From contig NC_045697.1 in assembly GCF_009834535.1 (NCBI RefSeq), forward strand, positions 16,370,001 through 16,434,000: a stretch of 64,000 bases of DNA, read 5' to 3'. The notes beneath the pieces are model-generated. The model did no database searches. It was not told where the DNA came from and was given only the letters and a program-made list of their open reading frames with translations. Source of the stretch: Camelus ferus. Taxonomy: Eukaryota. Positions within the stretch are counted from its first letter, which is position 1, and every line of letters starts with the position of its first letter. Positions 12,489-24,150 of this stretch are shown piece by piece. Position numbers and translations under genes: made by a program.

Positions 12489-13495
12489 TCAACTTTTCAC
12501 CAAAATGATCCCATGCTTATTACACTATTGGGGGGCACCTCAGGATTATAGAAAGCCTCAGGGTCATCATTACACAAGGGTTATTGAGTGATCACCCTAT
12601 GTTTACTAGACCCTCTGTTGGGAGTTGTAGGACCGCAAGACCCCAGCACTGTACAGAGCTTCTCAGCAATGGAGGTTTTCAGATACTGACATGTTGCACA
12701 AGGCAATCTATTCTACCTGATCTGTTATTGAAGTTTATCCTACTATAGAGGTAGGGAAGATTCCACATAGTTAAACTATAAATGAGGCCAGTGCTTTAAA
12801 AATAACAAGGATTAAAAAAAATTAGCAAAGATATACTCAGTATATATGGTGTGAATAAATGTGAGAACAAAATATTACTGCTAAAATCCCTTGTAAATGA
12901 GTCTAGTTTATGATATTTAGTAGTTGTGTAAGCCTGGTTACTCACATTACATCTTCTCTTTAGAATAAGGATAATAATTATTTATAAAGCCTGGTTAAAT
13001 AGCACGCCATATGACAGGAGCCATTTTTAAGCTCTAATCATACTATATAGTAGTTTTTTTTTGGAATCTACGTTAATATTAATTATATATTATATATTAT
13101 TTGCATATATATATATATATATTATATATGTTATTTGCAGGGAAGAAAAACACCCTCCATTATCTCCATGCAGGGGCATTTCACTCAGGAAGGCCCCACA
13201 ACACATCAGAGATTTCTGCACCGCTGTCTCTGACATCACTGCCATTCTTCTTGGTGGGATTGAAGAGCACAAGGGTGCTATTTGTTTAGAGTCTGTGGTG
13301 CTCACCAACTTCTCTGTACAAGATTCTCTCTTTGTCCAGTGGCCTGAGGGGAACTGGGGAAGGGCTTTCCTATTTCCGCTTTTTGCAAAATATACATACC
13401 TTTTTAGTCCATTCAAAATATCAAAGCATTAGTGGGATAGCAGATAGAGAAGAGTACTAAAAGAAGAGAAGAGAAGAAATACTAAAAATTGATTC

Positions 13496-13860
13496 TGTAT
13501 CAGTTCAGTTCAGTTTGGCTTATGCTGCCAGACCAAAACAATCCCAAATATCAGTAGCTAAAAAAATGTATTTCTTGTTTACATTACATGCCCAACATAG
13601 GCAAGCGGGAAAGGTTTTTCTCTTGTGGTCATTCAGAAATCCACAACAAGACAGGCTTTCCTTTGACATACATATATACCAAGTGAATGTGGTAAACTGC
13701 ATAAATTGCATATTGTGCCTTAGAGTTACCGCCAGGAAGTGACATATGCCACATCTGCTCACATTTCCTGGATTAAAGCAAGTCACATGGTCATGCCTAA
13801 CTTCCACCTTATGCCTGGAAGGGAGATGGAAATAGTTGTTGAACAGTAATAACGTCTATC
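13496..13860 (-). mobile_element. Old MaLR LTR (MLT1J-like)
   Basis: tgtatcagtt…ggcttatgctgcc…acaatcccaaatatcagtagct…ggaagtgaca…aaagcaagtcacatggtcatgcctaacttc. Confidence 0.65.
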
Positions 13861-13889
13861 ATTTATTAATTTAGTAATCCCCTCCACAT

Positions 13890-14565
13890 GAGAAAAGCCT
13901 ACCATGTGTCAAGAAATGGCCTAAGCACTGAGGATATAGGGATTTTTATAAACCTTCTGTTCTGATGCTTATGAAATGTATCATGAATATGTATGTGATG
14001 GGTAGTATCAAAGTGAGAAAGGTGGATAGAGATGGTCTGGAGTAGAGTGGTTGCAACTGTATATAGGCTCCTCAGGGAAGGTTTCCCCAAGAACAAATAA
14101 TTTTAATTATGTGAAGTAGTTAAGAAGGTAACCAAGTCATATGGGTAAATATTAGGCAAGCATGCTAGCCAGAGGGAACAGAATGTGCAAAGGCCTTGTG
14201 GCAGGACCATGCCTGTTTTTCTTGCAGAAAACAAAGAGTAGGAAAGGGGGACAGTGGTAGGGGGTAAGTTTAGAGAGGTAATGGTGAGAGGGAAGAACCT
14301 ACCATACAGGTCCAGTAGATCATTAGGAAGACTATGATTGTGAGTGAGATGGGAACCCACTGTGTGTTTTGAAGAACGAGTGATATGATCAAAGATATTT
14401 TAAAGGCTCAAGACTTGGGGAGAAACATGGAGACCAATAAGAATCTCATTATTCAGGTCAGAAAGGATGGAGGCATTGACCAAGGTAGAAGCATTGCAGG
14501 TGGTAAGAAGAGGTTGGATTCTGGATATGTTTTGACGACAGTCCAGTAAGATGTATTAATGGTCT
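13890..14565 (-). mobile_element. L2 LINE fragment
   Basis: cctaccatgtgtcaag…ctaagcactgaggata; cagagggaacagaatgtgcaaaggcc; tgagtgagatgggaacccactg; ggattctggatatgttttga. Confidence 0.75.
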
Positions 14566-15555
14566 AGCTTTCAAATAATGACTGTAATTGAGTTTTGATA
14601 TTAAAAAAGTAAAGCCTGAAAAAAGATACTACACACCTATGAGGAAACTTGCAGTGTGGGCAGCATTTTCCCATGGCAGCGGGAGAAATCAAGGCAATCT
14701 AAAGGCTAATTTTTCTCCTGCACTTTTCTTCCTCTTTGTAATTTCATATGAGCATGTACTTACTTCAGTTTTCATCTTTACATTATTTAACTTCCTCCCA
14801 GATTAAACAGAGAATATCAGAGGCGGAGCTTTTTTTTTTTTTTTTTTCCTTTTCTACTCCCTTCAAAGTCTAGAACTTTTCTGGGGAAAGAGTGTGTGCT
14901 CAATGGAAGACATTGACTAAAGAGAACACCAAGACCTGCATTGGAGGGACAAAGATGTCATTAGGCTGCTCCCTGGACCATCACAATGTAGAGAAGAATG
15001 CTTTGCTTTTCCGCCTTGCACCCTCCGCTGACCATAGTGATACTGGATCTGTTTTACATGCTAGTGGTATTAAGTTCTAGCTGCTTTAAATTTTTTAGGT
15101 TATCTGCTATTATCTACCTTTTTTCTGCAACTTATGACTAAACTCTCAAGGGAGTGCATGGTGTATTATATTTATTGAGCAAGCCCAGAAAAACTCACAC
15201 AATTCTATTTATCCAAAAAATGTTTTTGGATATTTTAATAAGTTAATAAGAAAACAGACCCATTATGTATTCCCAGAATCCTAGGCCGCCTTTTTATTCT
15301 TAAGTGATATACCTTATATTTTAGAGGATCTATCAGTATATATACCAGATAACTCATTTGTCCATAAACATTGGTTGTATTCCAACTATGGTTAGAGACA
15401 CAAACAATCCAGACACTAACCTAATAATTACAAGTGTGGTCTGTGTTACCAAGTGAACGTAAAGAGCTCTATAGGAATCTGAAATGCAGCTCAGGCAGCA
15501 AAGGGCAATAAATTTGTAAAGTCCTTAGACCCACTTATGAATGGAAGGTCTATAC

Positions 15556-16048
15556 CAGGGTTGGCAAACTCCAGCTTGTGGGGGAGCTGCATATTTCTGT
15601 AAATACATTTTTTTACTGAAGCATAGTTAGTTAACAATGCTGTGTCAATTTCTGGTATACAGCGTAACGTTGCATTCACACATACACACACATATATTTA
15701 TTTTCAGATCCTTTTTCATTATAAGTTACTACAAGATATTGAATACAGTATCCTGCTATACAGATGAAACTTGTTCATCTATTTTATGTATAAGAGTAGT
15801 TAGTATCTGCAAATCTCAAACTCCCAATTTATCCCTTCCCACCCCCATCCCCCCTAGTAACCATAAGTTTGTTTTCTATGTAAATACATTTTTACTGGAA
15901 TGCAGCTCTATTCATTCTTTTAAGTGTTATCTGTGAGTATTTTCTTACTACAATGGCAGAGTTGAGTGGCTGTGACAGAAACCTTTAAGATTTGCAAGCC
16001 TCAAATATTTCCTCTCTGGCCCTTTGAGAAAGATTTTGCTGGCTCCTG
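15556..16048 (+). mobile_element. MER58A-like hAT-Charlie MITE interrupted by an L1 fragment
   Basis: Termini cagggttggcaaac / ttttgctggctcctg; 8-bp TSD gtctatac (15548-15555) / gtctatgc (16049-16056), the hAT TSD length. Confidence 0.85.
15612..15878 (-). mobile_element. Young camelid-type L1 3' UTR fragment nested in MER58A
   Basis: ttttactgaagcatagttagttaacaatgctgtgtcaatttctgg…taaccataagtttgttttcta; TSD tgtaaatacatttt at 15598-15611 and 15879-15892. Confidence 0.85.
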
Positions 16049-17738
16049 GTCTATGCAATGGTTAGCAACAATTGCAGAAATACTTGTAACTTTGAAGTGT
16101 GATACTCACCGAGGGCTATTCTTCCTGATTCTATCACGTAGGGTTGGCACTGACAGCAGAATTCCTAGCTGATTGGCTTACAAAATCAAGCTTGGCAAAT
16201 AAGGGCATTTCTCTAGGTTGACCTGAAGGAGGGCATTGCTCCTGATGGATTATTTTTACACAAGACCAGGAGAGCCTTTGTAAACATGTGACAGTTGGTC
16301 TACCCCTCACTTTCCATAGTAAGAAAAACAGCAGAGAAGCTATCTCCAAAACCAAGTGTTGATTTATTGACATTGGCAATCCTTAAGCCCACATTTGCCT
16401 TGTCATGACAATAAAGTTATTGAAATTAAAATTGAATCAAATTGACAGACAGCAAGAACTATAGCTAAACTGTCCCAAGTACATTTTTTATTTATAGGAT
16501 TCAGCATAGCGTATTATAGGGGCATTTGATGAAAGCTGAAATCATTCCCAAACTGAGAAATGACCTAGAACAGAATGGCAAATTGCGCACCAGTTGTCTC
16601 TGATCAGGTTTTCCATGGCATGCAGTGTGCATGGTACACCTTGGAGGTGGTGATGCAGTGACACAGGGACTATTATTACTGAGCAGAGAACAATTTCCTC
16701 CAAAAAAAAAAAAAAAGTTTGTAGAATTCCTACCCAAATCTAGGAGTTTCAAGCAAATGTCAGTGACAACACACGCATTCCATTATTTTCACATTTCTAA
16801 GGAAGAATTTCTGTTGTTCTGCCCACATAAGTTTTATATTTTTATTTTTATTTAAATTCACAATAGATAACTCCTTTTTTTTCCCTTTTAGGATTTAATC
16901 ACATTTATTGAACATTCATCAGCACAATAAATTTATCATATGAGAAATCCCAGTAATAAGGTAGAACAGACCCATTGCCTTTCAAGAGAATACAACCTAA
17001 AAAGGGAAAGAAAATAAGTTCTAAAATATTTTGTAAAGCAGACAACAAAGCCTAAAACACACACACACACATACTCACACAAAACGTTTATAAAAGGTGT
17101 GGGACTGTGGGGTTGCCTGGCGTACTGGATATCTGATATTACATGAACTATGTCCTAAACCAACTTAGGATTTGTTGGGAATGGAAAAGTCATGTTTTGA
17201 TCATCTTTTTACCCCCCATAAAATTTAAAGAGAAAACCCTTTAAGAAGACTGCATTACACACAAAAATATTCTAAGTACTGCCATGCAAGAAAGTCCAGC
17301 TGTGAAACCAGTTCTGCCTCATGTATAATACACCAAGTACTGAGCCACAGAATTTGAAGTCATTTTAAGAATTATGGGTGGAGATGAACACATTTCTCTT
17401 TAAAGGTACTACTAAACCGAAGCTAATGCAAATATGCTGCGGACGTTTACATTCTTACATTCTGATCCCCCAACCCCCGTCTAGGATCTGAAATGCGCTT
17501 CATGTTTCTAAGTACTTTCATATTATTGGTTTTATCCCATAATCTGGTTTGGGAGATAGGCTGAAAGTAGTGATTACCTTTTGTCTTCTGATAGAAAGAC
17601 TAAGGCTTAGCAGGTTAAGGGAATATTCTAGATACACATCAGAATTGCTATTAATGGCCAGGTCTTTGGCAATTATTCTGAGGTTCTTGGGAAGGCAAAT
17701 TTCACATCACATAAAATCTTTTCTGAATGTCTAATATT

Positions 17739-17774
17739 TTATATATATATATATATATGTATATATATACACAC

Positions 17775-17805
<31 letters not shown>

Positions 17806-17813
17806 GAGAGAGA
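17739..17813. repeat. Compound microsatellite (TA)n(CA)n(TA)n(GA)n
   Basis: Directly visible. Confidence 0.9.
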
Positions 17814-19984
17814 AAGTTATAGAAGTCACATTCACTCTGTTCTGCTAATGGTTATTGCAAGGAAATTTCATGGATTATGCTTCTCTTCTGCATTGAGAAG
17901 GATGTTACATGTTCCTCAGTTCATGGAAACTTCAAGTCTAGAAAACGAAGGAGTCTGGTTAATATCTCTAGAGACCCACAGGGAGTGTCACGCTCCATAA
18001 AATGGTTTATGCATTCATATACAGCACATGATCATCGTCCCTTGGCAAGGGGACGCAGGTTAAGCACCTTCCATATGCAGCAGGGAAAACCCCTTCGGCA
18101 AGGAAGTCTACCCATTGGCATGCACAAATTATACTAGCTTTAGTTTCAGTATGTCAATAGGAATATTCCCCACGCTTAATAAGAGGCATTGGATTAATGC
18201 CGGGTGTTTTCAGCGGGGGAAGGAATGTTCAGATGCTTGGGAAAACAAGGCACCCGGAGGGTGCAGTGGAGGTCACTTACTCATATTGAAAAATCCATTA
18301 TTTGCATGGCTGCAAATAGAGTCTACATTATGCCTATGGGATATGTGTGTGTGTGTGTGATAAATACACACATACATTTTAGGTACTTTTACTGCCACTC
18401 CTGCTTAATTTATAAAACTGGGAGAGCAACACTTTCTTGCCTGTGGATGACCAGTTGCTCCTTCAAGTGGTTTTTTTCCAATCTCTTCCTCCCTTTCAGG
18501 GACGAAGTCTTGAGAATGTGGTTGTATCTGGATGTACATCCAAAACTGCTTTGTGTGCCAATTTGGTTGCTCTTTTCATTAATTTTTACACAATTACTCT
18601 GAATTGGCAACTAAGATGGACTAAATGATAAGCCGTGGATTTCATGTTCAAGGTAGTCTCATTTTAAAGACTCAGGGAATATGAGAGATCCTCTTTTCTC
18701 AGTAAAAGAACATTTTTGAAAACACCTGTTAAGGGATTATGGTCAATTTTCAAAACTGACTTACACATTTTTACGTCCAGAAAAATTCATTTCTTTGACC
18801 AGCTTCCATGATGCTTCTGATTTCTACCCAGAGCATTATCATTTCTTCAGGTTGTAGCCTCACAGTATGCATCTTCTACAGTCAAGTCGTTAAGAGTCGT
18901 GTCTTTGTGGACACTATTGAGTAAACTGGTGAATCTAAATAGTCTATTCACTCAAGGAAATTGCACAGGGCAGGTAAGTTTTGATGGACAGTAGGGAGGT
19001 TTCATTTACTCGACCACTCATTTTTTAAAGCACTTATTTTTTTCCTTATTAAACTTGATTTATTAGTTTTCCACTGTGGAGGGTAGATGTCCATAGGAGA
19101 TGCTAATTGCTAATCTTAAGTCTGATGACGGCAATGGCACCATAGGAGACATCCCGGAGCACAAAGCGTAGAGAAGTCTAAGTGAGAGGAAGGAATGTTG
19201 AGATTCATGAAAAGAAAAATCACATTAGTCAGAGACTCAAAGTCAAGTCCCAGCTCAGCCTTTTCCTCTGCTTGATTGTGACCACTGCCTGCATCACTGG
19301 GACAGCCAAAGTGGCAGAGCAGACCGTTGAGTGTCTTGAGATAGTTGAGGAGTGTTGCCCGCCCAGGAACACGCACCAGGGCTTTTTGGCCAGTGACTGC
19401 CTGTCCTGCAATGGTCCTCTCATAGCCCTTTAGGGTTCTAGGTTACAGATCCTGGACCAGGATCTTAATATTAAAACCAATAAGATGATTCTTTAAAGAA
19501 AAATGAGAAAGACCATTAAGGGAAGCACAAAGGTCCTGCACACTGAATTCTTCTCCGAGTCAAAGCCAAGATCCTCACAATGGCCTAAAGATGTTCACGA
19601 CTTATTCAGCCCAACCTCTGTCGCCGCTCCCAGTGCATCTCTGAACTCGGCTCTCTCTCCACTCTCTACAGAGTAAGCTCTATGAAGACAGGAGGTAGAC
19701 ACCTCCATAGCACCTAAAACAGTGCCTGGCAAAGAATAGGCACTCAGCACATGTTTCTTTAAAGCAATACATGAACAGTTAATGGGTTTAATGGCTCTAT
19801 TTCATAATCCCCTGGAGCCTCAGATCTCTCATTTATACAGATAGGAGACACACTGCCCATCTTTCAGAGAAGCCAAGAGAATAAAAAAGGATAGTGCACA
19901 TAGAGGATCCGGCAGAGCATTCTACACAGTTGATACATAATACATTTTTGTTTTGCTTCTTGTCCTCTTCTATTTTTCTAGATG

Positions 19985-20235
19985 TAATAACAGTAGTTAA
20001 TACTTATTATATTTTTTACCATGTGCCAGGCTCAATGCTGAGAGCTTTACAATCATTGTCTCTGAATTTTCTCAACCCCATGAGCTAGGAACTTTTATTA
20101 TTCCCATTTTATAGATGAAGATTAGAAAAGTTAAATTATTGTTTTCCAAGATCACACAGTCAGTAAGCAGTCAAACCAGGATGCAAATAAGGTTTACCTG
20201 ACACCATGATCCCACATTTTTCCATGATGCTATAC
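19985..20235 (-). mobile_element. MIR SINE
   Basis: ttaccatgtgccaggctc…ctcaaccccatgagctaggaac…attcccattttatagatgaag…ccaagatcacacagtcagtaagcag. Confidence 0.8.
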
Positions 20236-20934
20236 TGCAAGTGGAGTAAGGAATACTTAATTGCACTTTTGAGCTTGAATCATAGCATAGACAGATGACT
20301 AATGTATTGCTCAGGCTCCAATAGCTGGGGTATAAAGGTGTTGCTTCCCAGTGGACATCATCATTCGTTTACATGTGGGTTTATTTAATCCCAAGAAGGT
20401 TTAAATGGCCCAGCTAACTTGGCAAGTGCCTGAACCATCCTCCTAAAACTCCATCCCTGATTCTAAAGCTCTGAAGGTCTTTAAATATACAACATAGATT
20501 TGTTATCTCCCCTGATTACTTACTGGCAAAGAGCTATAATATAAAATTACATTTATACATATTATATTGCATATAGTATATTTTCAAATCCTCAAACCAA
20601 CCCTATTACACAGGCATTATTATCCCAGTTTTACCAACAAGGTCACTGAAGAGATTAGAACAATTCCCTGAAGCCACACAGCTAGTGAGTGGCAAAGCCC
20701 TTAAGAAATTATGGAATCTGAATTTCAGCAATTGATTTTCATAGGAGTTAACAGCACTCAAGGACCTAATTCAGTCTAACTCCAATGCCTGCGCTCTTAA
20801 CCATTATATTAAACTATAAAGTGCTCAGTATATAAATGCAAGGATTTATTATGCCTTTTCTTATACCATTATTTCACATGGAAATTTCTTCTCTGGAATG
20901 CCTTCATAAGAACTTTTAAGTTCCCATCTAGAGA

Positions 20935-21687
20935 TTTCCTCTTTATAATCAATTATTTAAGGAAATGAGTTGACAGTTGCTCTCACAAGTATCCAGAAAC
21001 AAAGGCCAAAAATGACTTTGGCACGACAACCCAAATACTCATCACACGTCTATCCGACCACTTTGGCCGAGTGGAGAAGCCCTTAGCTGTGCGGTAACAG
21101 GCAGTTCAGATAAAGCATTTAAATGGGCTGTCTATGACCAAAAGCTGGCAGTCTTCCCAAAGTAATGCGCCAAGGTTTCGACCTCTTCCTGGGCATAGGG
21201 GAAGGTTCCAGGCTCCTTCCTCATTGCTGATGTTCTCAGTTGCCAAGGGTGCGTGCCTGGCAGCCGCCAAGTCAACTTCTGGTTGAGATTCGAGGTGGAG
21301 ACCACTTCTGGGGAGTAAATTAGTCTTCTGGAGAAACAGCATTAATTTTGTTAAGCTGCTCAAAAATAAGTTAGGGGCACTTCAGCATCCCATACGCTGC
21401 TTATATGATCAGCTGCATCTTACAGCCAATACCATCGTCCTCTTAAAAAATGTTCCTGACATCGTTGGAAGACTTCTGGCTTCTCCTACACGATAATTTG
21501 CTGTTACGATCTCCAGATGAATTACTCAATGCCACTGTTCCCTTTCTCTTCTACATTTGCTGGCATTGCCAGTCCAACTCATTGTTAAGCTTAGTATGAC
21601 TCCTAAATTCATTCATCAATATCTGTTTCAGTCTTGTAATACATGTCACCTTTAAGGATTGTGTCCACTTGCATAGACACCAGCCTG

Positions 21688-21743
<56 letters not shown>

Positions 21744-22250
21744 GCTTCTACATTGTGTCTCACACCACAGCCCCACCACCACAGGACAGTATTACTTCTT
21801 CAGGATGCATGAACAGCAAGATCAAAGACATGACAAAGTGACATAAGATTGTAGGCCACCAGATTCATGATAGCATCCAAAAGTTTGGCAGGAGGGCATC
21901 ATTAATATTTGAGAAGATTCCCTGCTTTTTGGCAGAAAATCTGCCCATAGCTTTCCAATTAGCATGCTTTATGGCTGGGGAGAAGCTGGTTTCTCAATTG
22001 TAAGTACCTTGTCTGACTGAAATCTTATTCTCCCAGATAAATGACAAAGGAATTTGTACAATTTTATCCAGACTCCAACTCAGCCACAAGATTAATAGGA
22101 AAACAGAGCCCTCCCTCAAGTCTTCTTTGAGTTCTTCTGAGCGTTTTCTTCATTATGTCTCCCAAATGCTCTGCTTTGCTAACGGAACATTAAGTGGTCT
22201 TCTTACCAGGAGGTGTGGGGTGGAAATTTCAACTAAATCTTCTCAGAAGA
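20935..22250 (-). mobile_element. Decayed hAT-superfamily DNA transposase coding fossil (ZNF862/Tip100-like)
   Basis: Minus-strand translation across frameshifts gives ordered hAT-like motifs: AKLLDAIMNL, LSCGGGAVV (D-G-A motif position), CVA-RL, GRWYWL*DAADHISSVWDA, LSSLTKLMLFLQKTNLLP/EVVST, YAQEEVETLAHYFG, WPLFLDTCES (hATC-like). The part above ~21950 is tentative. Confidence 0.6.
21689..21740. repeat. (CA)n microsatellite, ~25 units
   Basis: Directly visible; source of the HTHT/VCVC ORFs. Confidence 0.97.
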
Positions 22251-23190
22251 AAGCTCGAGATGGTGATATTGCATTAGGGAATGGGAGGGAATTACTGACC
22301 GTGACACATCCTTCTTAATTTCTGCTTGCTATGCATTGAAATACAATTAATATAACTTGCTCTGAGAAGAGCTGAGCCTTAACTTATTAAATAAAACCTT
22401 GACAACGTCTCTTTAGTTTTATGATTTGTGCCTTCTGGGCAAAACACCTAAACATCAGTAGAAAAGATTTTCTGGGGATATTATATTGTTTGGAAATATT
22501 TTGAAGCTTTGTCAGGGGCTCTACAAGGTCCTACTTGGGATGGCTTATGGCTTAAGAATGTGCTTGACTTACTGTTGCTTGAAAGGTGCCTCGAACATCT
22601 CCCATTAGAGAGGACTTTGTCTTACTTAATGTGACTTTTCACCATCAATATGTTTTTACTGAAAACCTACGGGCCAACACTCTAGTTATTCTAAATTTGT
22701 AACACATTGGTAGAAAACATGTTTTCCCTTGGGATATTTATGGTTTAATTTGAAAATCAGACACAAAGATATATTCTGCATTAACACTATATAAATACTT
22801 ACAAAAATCTCTTGAGGTGTCCATTATACCAAGTATCCATCTTTCTATGACTAAAAGCCCTAACACATATGTATCATGTCTTGAAATTGAGATGTTACAT
22901 CTAATAGCTCATCTGATTTTCCAGTTTACTTTGAGTGTAGGTAAAGCATTTGTTATTCACATAAAACATATTAAAAATTCCGAGGAATATAAGGCTTACA
23001 ATAATTATCATATTATGTTTCTATCAATGTCTTAAAATTAATAAGATTGTTATGATAATACGACTTTTTCCGCATGAGAAAACAAGATGCATAACGGTAA
23101 CAGTAATCAAGCCAAAATTTCTTTGACAGTCATTATGTCAAACTAAGGTTTTTTTCTAGATGGTTGTGAGCCATTCGACTATAAATACCT

Positions 23191-24150
23191 CAGGACCAGG
23201 ACTAGTTAGGCTCTCTCTCCAGGCATAAAATTTAAGGAGGCTCCAAAATGTGGTAATCAATATAAATAACATTTGAAGATGATATTTAAGAAATCAAAAT
23301 TACAGTATAGCCAGTATGGAAAACAGTATAGGGTTTCCTCACAAAACTGAAAATTGAATTTTGATCCAGCAATCCCACTTCTGGGTATAGACCCAAGGGA
23401 AATGAAAACAGGGTCTGAGAGATATCTGCCCTCCCCATCTACTGCAACATAAACATGACGGCCAAGATATGGAAGCACTCTAAGTGTCTGTCCACAGATG
23501 AACGTATAAAGAGGATATAATACACACACACACACACGTGCGTGCAGTGGAACGTTATTCAGCCACGAGAAACAAAGATATCCTGCCATTTGCAGCAATG
23601 TGGCTGTACCTTAAGGACATTATGCTAAGCCAAATAATTCAGGCACAAATACTGTGTGCTCTCAGTTATACGTAGAATCTAAAAGAGCTGAACTCGTAGA
23701 AACGGAGACTGGAATGGTGGTTGCTGTGGGCTGTGGAACGGGGAGCTGGGAGATGGTGGTCAAGGAGTACAAGCTTTCAGTTTTAAAGTGAGTAAGTTCT
23801 GGGGATCTAATGTACAGCATGGTGACTATAGCTCATATAGCTGTAGAAGAGTCTTGAAAGATGATAAGAAAGTAGATTTTGAATGTTCTCAGCGCCAGAA
23901 AGAAATGGTAGTGTGGGACCTGATGGAGACATTAGCTAATGCTAGTGGTAAACACTCTGCAATATGTAACTATATCAGCTCAACCTGCGTACACTTGGAA
24001 CTCAATATATACGTCAATTATATCTCAGTAAAGCTGGAAGATGTATTCACAGAGCAAAAAAAATCAAAAGTAATGCAAAAAATACATGATGAACAAAATA
24101 TCAAAATTTTAAATAGACAGAAATAGCATTACAGATTTTTCCTTGACTCT
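23191..24150 (+). mobile_element. MER96B-like hAT-Tip100 MITE interrupted by L1
   Basis: Left half caggaccaggactag…aaaatttaaggaggctccaaaa…gtaatcaatataaataac; right half aatgcaaaaaatacatgatgaacaaaatatcaaaattttaaata continues the recalled consensus after the L1. Confidence 0.7.
23303..24060 (+). mobile_element. L1MA-type 3' fragment (ORF2 end + 3' UTR)
   Basis: tatggaaaacagtatagggtttcctc…gatccagcaatcccacttctgggtata…gtcaattatatctcagtaaagctgga; TSD-like aaatcaaaatta (23291-23302) / aaatcaaaagta (24061-24072). Confidence 0.9.

Noticed and set aside
19116..19433. Three overlapping ORFs in a moderately GC-rich patch as a coding exon
   Set aside because: No recognisable protein similarity and no convincing flanking splice pair; open frames on both strands fit chance in GC-richer DNA.
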